Part shown: positions 58,605 through 64,000 of the stretch, one piece after another
Layout: each line of letters starts with the position of its first letter
How positions within the stretch are numbered: position 1 is the stretch's first letter
From: an uncultured Fibrobacteria bacterium
GTDB lineage: Bacteria; Fibrobacterota; Fibrobacteria; UBA11236
DNA: 64,000 nucleotides
Direction: 5' to 3'
Assembly: GCA_963716395.1 (NCBI GenBank)
Contig: OY970309.1
Span: 1-64,000 of the forward strand
Position numbers and translations under genes: made by a program
The notes under the pieces: generated by a model
The model's input: only the letters and a program-made list of their open reading frames with translations
Databases searched by the model: none
Told to the model about the DNA's origin: nothing

Positions 58605-59330
58605 ATGAGATCTTCTCTAATTCCGTACAGATACTATTGGAATCAGCGAACTCTGCTTTTCGTCTTAGCAATTTCGCTTGTTAGTTTTGAATGCACTTTT
58701 GCAGGCAATTCACTAATTCCAGGAGATTATATCAGTCAAGAATATCTTGATAACTTGAGGTCAACATTTTCGCCAATGGCGGCCAACAAATTAGGTCATT
58801 TACAATCTCTAAAAATCATTTCCACGGATCAAAAATTATTCCTCCAAACCATTTATGACTTCAATGAAGGGGGGCAGAAATACCAAGTTTTAAATGATGA
58901 CTCGGTCCACTTAATTGAAGGAAAAGGCCTCAACCCATCGTTTAAAAAAATCGACTCGGCGACGATAGTATTTACTTTTGGCGATTTGCCCAAAAAAACA
59001 TTTAATTATACCGCGCATCTTGAACAAATTGTTGGCAGCATTTGTCTCTCAGGCGAGTATAAGAATTCAGCGAATCAAAAACTTTCGTTTTATCCAAATG
59101 GGACATGGTGTTTCAAAAACAAAACCAATCCTTTTAAAATAGGCATGTTTTATCCACCGAGTTTCAGGTTGGATTACTTCATAACGGACACGGGTGAGGT
59201 CGGATTTAAAAGGGTGAAAGATACGCTTCAACTGTTTAACACTATCGGGGGTTCATTGTTCGAAGATGGAAAGATTGATCTTGATCATCCTGAAGTGTTT
59301 TTAAGATTGAGCCCGGCTTCAAATAATTAA
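58605..59330 (+). CDS. Putative immunity protein for the NlpC/P60 module
   Basis: Starts 2 nt after the orphan stop; signal-peptide-like; AT-rich. Confidence 0.6.
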   Translation: MRSSLIPYRYYWNQRTLLFVLAISLVSFECTFAGNSLIPGDYISQEYLDNLRSTFSPMAANKLGHLQSLKIISTDQKLFLQTIYDFNEGGQKYQVLNDDSVHLIEGKGLNPSFKKIDSATIVFTFGDLPKKTFNYTAHLEQIVGSICLSGEYKNSANQKLSFYPNGTWCFKNKTNPFKIGMFYPPSFRLDYFITDTGEVGFKRVKDTLQLFNTIGGSLFEDGKIDLDHPEVFLRLSPASNN

Positions 59331-59479
59331 AACATCCTTGATGCGGGTTCCGGTCCTCAATCCGGCCCGAGACCGGTGCAGCGTCGCGCATGCGCGCACT
59401 CTCGGACCGCCGGAGAAAAATTCATTCGCCCCGATATCCGTCCAAGATTCCCGGCCCGTAAGGGTATCTTTACACCCCT

Positions 59480-60211
59480 ATGGAGGTTACAACGCCGGAT
59501 GCGCCACTGGCTCCGGGCCTGTACTTGGTCGCCACACCCATCGGGCATCTCGAAGACATCACCTTGCGCGCCTTGCGGGTGCTGAAAACCTGCGACCGCA
59601 TCTGGGCCGAAGATACGCGGCATTCGCGCATTCTGCTCGATCATTACGCCATCCGCAAACCGCTGGAGCCCTACCATGACTTCAACAAAGAACGCGTGAC
59701 GCCGGGATATTTACAGCGCCTGCGCGACGGCGAAGCTGTGGCCCTGATTTGCGACGCGGGAACCCCGGGCATTGCCGACCCGGCCTTCAACTTGGTCAAA
59801 GCGGCTTTGGCGCAAGACATCGCCGTAATTCCCGTGCCCGGCCCTTCGGCCTTGATGGCGGCGCTCACCGCGTCGGGCCTGCCCACCGACCGCTTCGCCT
59901 TTGAAAATTTTCCGCCGAAAAAATCGGCGCAGCGCATCCATAAGCTCGAAGCGTTGCGGGCCAAATGGGGCGAAGGCGAAAACCATGCTCCGACTTTGGC
60001 CTTCTTCGTCACTCCCCACCAGGTGGCGGCTTTTCTCGCCGAGATCGCGGCGGTGTTCGGACCCGATCTGTACGTGGTGGCGGCGCGCGAGTTGACCAAG
60101 AAATTCGAGGAGTTCCGCCGCGGCCCAGTGGCGGAATTGCGCAGTCATTTCGAAACCCATCCACCGCGAGGAGAGTTCACCTTGCTCTTTCATCCGCAGA
60201 ACAAGAGGTGA
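59480..60211 (+). CDS. rsmI: 16S rRNA C1402 2'-O-methyltransferase
   Basis: LYLVATPIGHLEDITLRA, AEDTR, DAGTPGIADP, ARELTKKFEE. Confidence 0.95.
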   Translation: MEVTTPDAPLAPGLYLVATPIGHLEDITLRALRVLKTCDRIWAEDTRHSRILLDHYAIRKPLEPYHDFNKERVTPGYLQRLRDGEAVALICDAGTPGIADPAFNLVKAALAQDIAVIPVPGPSALMAALTASGLPTDRFAFENFPPKKSAQRIHKLEALRAKWGEGENHAPTLAFFVTPHQVAAFLAEIAAVFGPDLYVVAARELTKKFEEFRRGPVAELRSHFETHPPRGEFTLLFHPQNKR

Positions 60212-60213
60212 AC

Positions 60214-61812
60214 GTGAACGATTCCTCCGCGGGCGGCGGCCGCCGCGCGGCTTCGGTTTTGAGCTGGTGCGAAAACCATCCCCGTCTCAGCATCGCGCTG
60301 TGCTCGCTCCTGTGGGGATTCTGCTACCCGCCTTTCCCCTTCGGGCTCCTGGCCTTCGTCGTGCTGGTCCCGGCCTTCGCCGTGACTTCGAAGTTACGTC
60401 CGCGGCAAGCCTTCTCCGCCTATTTCGTCGGCGGCCTGTTGTACAACATCGTGATGTACTGGTGGATTTACAACGTCATCAAGGTGGGTCCGGCCCTGGC
60501 CATCGGTGGCGGCCTCATCCTGCTCATTCTTTTCCTCTCGCTTTTCAACGGCCTCATCGGATTGGGTTTTCGCCTGGCGCTGCGCCACCGCCTGCTGTTG
60601 GCCACCTTTCCCTTCGCCTGGGCCGGGCTCGAAGCCGCGCGTGCCTGGGGCGAAATGTCTTTTCCCTGGAACGATTTCGGATACACGCTCGGGCATAGCT
60701 TGCCGCTCATCCAAAGCGTGGCCTGGGTGGGAATTTACGGATTGTCCTTGCTGCTGGTCGCGGCCAATCTTTGCGGCCTGCAGGCCTGGCGTTCGCAAGG
60801 AACAAGACGCGCGCTGTGGCTGACGGCCTGGGTCGCGATTCCGCTGGCTTTGGCCCTGCAGGGCATCGCCACCTTGCGGCAACCGCATCCGGACTCGCCG
60901 TCGCTGGACATCAGCTTGGTGCAACCCGCCATTCCCCAAACCAAAAAATGGAATGAAACGTATTTCAGCGAGGTCATGGCCAAAACCTTCCGCACCCTCG
61001 ACGGACCGAAGGGCGACCTGGCCCCGGTGCTGGGTTCGGATCTGGTGGTGTTCGCCGAAACTGCCGTGCCCGACTTTCTCCGCAGCCGACCCGAGATCAT
61101 CGATTCGCTGTCGCGGCGCGCCCTGCTGCTGCACGCCCCGATTCTGGTGGGCGCCCTCGACTTCGTGCGCCAACGCAAGCCGTGGTCGGAATACCGTTTT
61201 TACAACGCGGCCTTTTTATTCCGCCCCGAAACCGGGTCCAAGGTCGAGCAATACAACAAAATGCGGTTGGTGCCGTTCAGCGAAAAACTCCCGTTCGAAA
61301 AAATCTTTCCCATTCTCAATTACGTGCATCTGGGCGAAGGCGATTTCAGTCCCGGCGACGGCTACCGCATTTGGGGCGGCCGCATCCGGTACGCCCCGTC
61401 GATCTGCTATGAAGTCATCTATCCCGACTTCGTGCGCCAAGCCAAGCGGGCCGGGGCGCAATTCCTGGTGAACATCACCAACGACAGTTGGTTCGGGCGC
61501 AGCAACGGGCCCTATCAGCACGCCAACATCGCGCGCTTCCGCGCCGTCGAGGCGGGGCTGCCCATCGCGCGCTGCGCCAACAGCGGCGTCAGCGTATTCT
61601 ACGACGCCTGGGGCCGCGATTTGGGGCACACGCGCCTCATGGACAGCACCGTCTTGCGCCGCCGCTTGCCGGTGCCGCACCGCGATACCTTTTACCAGGC
61701 GCATGGCGGCGCCCTCGACCATTTCTATCTGGCCGCGCTGGCGCTGTGGATGGCCGCGGCGGCCGGCCTGAACCTGCGGCGCGCTTCCGCCGGAACTAGG
61801 GGCCGCGCATGA
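60214..61812 (+). CDS. lnt: Apolipoprotein N-acyltransferase
   Basis: FPW, VQP, AETA, YNKMRLVPFSE, ICYE, NDSWFG, RAVE, CANSG. Confidence 0.94.
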   Translation: MNDSSAGGGRRAASVLSWCENHPRLSIALCSLLWGFCYPPFPFGLLAFVVLVPAFAVTSKLRPRQAFSAYFVGGLLYNIVMYWWIYNVIKVGPALAIGGGLILLILFLSLFNGLIGLGFRLALRHRLLLATFPFAWAGLEAARAWGEMSFPWNDFGYTLGHSLPLIQSVAWVGIYGLSLLLVAANLCGLQAWRSQGTRRALWLTAWVAIPLALALQGIATLRQPHPDSPSLDISLVQPAIPQTKKWNETYFSEVMAKTFRTLDGPKGDLAPVLGSDLVVFAETAVPDFLRSRPEIIDSLSRRALLLHAPILVGALDFVRQRKPWSEYRFYNAAFLFRPETGSKVEQYNKMRLVPFSEKLPFEKIFPILNYVHLGEGDFSPGDGYRIWGGRIRYAPSICYEVIYPDFVRQAKRAGAQFLVNITNDSWFGRSNGPYQHANIARFRAVEAGLPIARCANSGVSVFYDAWGRDLGHTRLMDSTVLRRRLPVPHRDTFYQAHGGALDHFYLAALALWMAAAAGLNLRRASAGTRGRA

Positions 61813-62525
61813 AAAAAGCCTGGCCCACGATCGCGATCCTGCTGCTGGTCTTCGCCGGCATCTTGATTTGGCAGTTTGCCATTCCCCCATTCAACGCGCT
61901 GTTTCTCGCCCTCACCCGCCTGCGCGACCAGGCCGGCTGGGCCGGGGGGCTGTTGTATGTGCTGACCGTGGCCGTGGCCGAGGTGCTGCTGCTCCCGGGT
62001 TTCTTTCTGACCGTGGGCGCGGGGTATTTGTTCGGCGCCGTCAAAGGCACGCTGTTATTTGTGATGAGCGAAACACTCGGAGCGTGCTTGGCCTTCGGCA
62101 TCGCCCGGCATTTCTTCGGCGCGCGCATGCGCGACTATTTCCGTAAGCACCCGAAATTCGCGCGGGTGAACCGCGCCTTGGCGCTGGAAGGCTGGAAATT
62201 CATCGCCTTGACGCGTATGACGCCGCTGTTTCCCTTCAAGCTTTCCAATTACTTCTTCGGGGCCGCCGACTTCGGGTTCCACGATTTTTTCTGGGGAACC
62301 CTGCTCGGCATCATGCCTTTCTCGGTCACCTTGGTGTATCTGGGTTCGTTGGCCACCAATTGGGGTTCGCTGGCGTCCGGTCCGCCTCACTCCGCCGCCT
62401 GGAAAATCGCCGCGGTAAGCCTGGGGGTAATCGCGGTGGCGGGGCTGGCCTTCATCGGCCGGCATGCCGCTCGGCGCCTGCAGGGAAAGCTTCCGCCCGA
62501 GGACGAGCCCTCCGTCGATTCTTGA
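61809..62525 (+). CDS. TVP38/TMEM64 (DedA-like) membrane protein
   Basis: GYLFG, ALTRMTPLFPF, NYFFG. Confidence 0.88.
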   Translation: MKKAWPTIAILLLVFAGILIWQFAIPPFNALFLALTRLRDQAGWAGGLLYVLTVAVAEVLLLPGFFLTVGAGYLFGAVKGTLLFVMSETLGACLAFGIARHFFGARMRDYFRKHPKFARVNRALALEGWKFIALTRMTPLFPFKLSNYFFGAADFGFHDFFWGTLLGIMPFSVTLVYLGSLATNWGSLASGPPHSAAWKIAAVSLGVIAVAGLAFIGRHAARRLQGKLPPEDEPSVDS

Positions 62526-62532
62526 GATGCCG

Positions 62533-62637
62533 TCAGTGCGCGTGATTCAGGGCGATGATGAGGATTGTGAATGCACCTACCACCCCAACCACCGCCACGA
62601 TAACCGAAAAACCGACTAGAATTTTATCCGCCCTCAT
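62533..62637 (-). CDS. Candidate 34-aa single-TM small protein
   Basis: MRADKILVGFSVIVAVVGVVGAFTILIIALNHAH*, preceded by AAGGTGA. Confidence 0.5.
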   Translation of the reverse strand: MRADKILVGFSVIVAVVGVVGAFTILIIALNHAH

Positions 62638-62999
62638 AGAGGATTCACCTTTGCTGGTTGATGCGAACGCGCAGCAATTGCTCGTTCGATTTTTTTCCAA
62701 GCCAATTCAGCAACCATCTTCTGATGAGGTGCCTGCTGATTATTCTCGACTTCAGTCCTAGCAATTTTAAGCACTGACCGGGAATTTTAGCAAAGTCGCC
62801 GCCGAATTAAAAGCTGCCGCGTATTCCAGCGCTTCCAACCCGGCAGATTTCGCTTCGGCCATCCGGCCATAGCGAAATTAAGCCGGCCGCACTCTTGTGT
62901 CTCGGAAATGCGGAATTCCCCATTGCTTGAACTCGGTTCCAAATCGGTAGATCTCTTTCGGCGACGCCTAGACGCCCATTTGAAGATTGAAACCGTGGC

Positions 63000-63449
63000 T
63001 CATTTTTTCATCTCCTCCGCCTGAAGGGCCGCTTTGACCTTGGCCACGTCCGTGCCTTTTCCGGCCCCCTCGTAATGCGAGAGGTCTTCGTCGATTCCCA
63101 CCAAGCGGAAGCATTGACCTCCCGGCGCCTGGAAAAAAAGGTGTGGGGCCGGCACTTCCAGCTTTCTCGCGAGACCGGAGGCGAGAATTTTTCGGCCCAT
63201 CTCCGCGACATCGTCGGATTTGATCTCCAGCCAGATCGATCGTGCGGTCCGTATGAACTCGCCGGCATCGGGGACATCGCCATAGAGAAACACGATGAAA
63301 AAATTTTCTTCCAGGCGCAGGAAGTCCCGATCCGGTTCGGACTTCATGATCCTTCCGCCCAGAACTTCGCAATAAAATTTGTGAATTCCGTCGCGATCCT
63401 GGCGTGGAACCAGAACCGACGCATGATTTCCAAAAATCGCTTGTGCCAT
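63000..63449 (-). CDS. VOC/glyoxalase-like protein
   Basis: NHASVLV, FYCEVLGG, FFQAPGGQCFRLV; AAGGAG RBS. Confidence 0.75.
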   Translation of the reverse strand: MAQAIFGNHASVLVPRQDRDGIHKFYCEVLGGRIMKSEPDRDFLRLEENFFIVFLYGDVPDAGEFIRTARSIWLEIKSDDVAEMGRKILASGLARKLEVPAPHLFFQAPGGQCFRLVGIDEDLSHYEGAGKGTDVAKVKAALQAEEMKK

Positions 63450-63451
63450 GG

Positions 63452-63928
63452 TTACTCCTTTTGGAAGGGGGTGTTTTCCGAGGAAAAGGGTTTGGGCAGA
63501 ACACTGGAGCCGGTTTCCAGCAGGGACTTCAGATTGGAGAGGACCATCGGCCAGGCCGCGGACACCGCCACAATGAATTGCGAGGGTTCCCGCGCATGGG
63601 TATGGGTGAGGCGCAGCCGAACCGCCGGACCATCACCTTCCAACTCCACCGTGCACAGCGACTCGCCTTCGGCCTTGAGTTCGGGCTTGTCCTGATGCCG
63701 CCAGCGGATCAACAACCGCCGCGGCGGCTCGGCCGCGACGATCTCGCCGGTGTCGGTGATGCGCCCATCCGGGTACGCCAAGTGCCACGAAGAACCCGGC
63801 GTCCACCGGCTTTCGCAGTGAACGCCGAACCAATACTTCTTCATCAACTCGCCGTCGGTCAACGCCGCCCACAGCGTCTCCGGCGTGGTGCGCACGTAGG
63901 TTACGTAGACAAAGGCCGATTGCGGCAT
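63452..63928 (-). CDS. SRPBCC/AHSA1-like protein
   Basis: YVRTTPETLWAALTD, EPPRRL, WPMVLSNLKSLLETG. Confidence 0.9.
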   Translation of the reverse strand: MPQSAFVYVTYVRTTPETLWAALTDGELMKKYWFGVHCESRWTPGSSWHLAYPDGRITDTGEIVAAEPPRRLLIRWRHQDKPELKAEGESLCTVELEGDGPAVRLRLTHTHAREPSQFIVAVSAAWPMVLSNLKSLLETGSSVLPKPFSSENTPFQKE

Positions 63929-64000
63929 CGGGTGGGTACCTCCGTGATTAGGGTTTCTCCGGCGGATGCGCCTCTTCCCAGCGGTATTGCTTCCGCGAAC

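Overview
GC-rich bacterial chromosomal segment. Two gingipain/PorU-like C25 proteins with FlgD-like tails suggest an FCB-group host such as Fibrobacterota, but this is inference only. The left 10.4 kb is an unusual integron. Two intact, N-terminally extended integron integrases lie in tandem (7461-10360, +), divergent from a putative attI (~6853-6875) and a minus-strand cassette array that runs off the window edge. The array has 13 attC sites; 12 belong to one near-identical giant family (250 bp; one indel-rich copy 262 bp) with a branched interior. Twelve of the 13 complete cassettes are ~255-285 bp AT-rich units from only two families with no conserved ORF and visible base-pairing potential. 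The rest is mostly housekeeping or accessory genes: feoAB, Fic, PAS kinase, Na+/H+ antiporter, queD, M18 peptidase, OmpA, xerC, SpoIIE phosphatase, rpsA, cmk, xylFGH, rsmI and lnt. A low-GC PAAR polymorphic-toxin locus (54.8-59.3 kb) carries an M23 tip and a recombination-ready orphan NlpC/P60 tip with immunity-like genes. Several single-base frameshifts and indel-rich repeat copies suggest long-read consensus errors. All calls come from reading the sequence; no searches were run.
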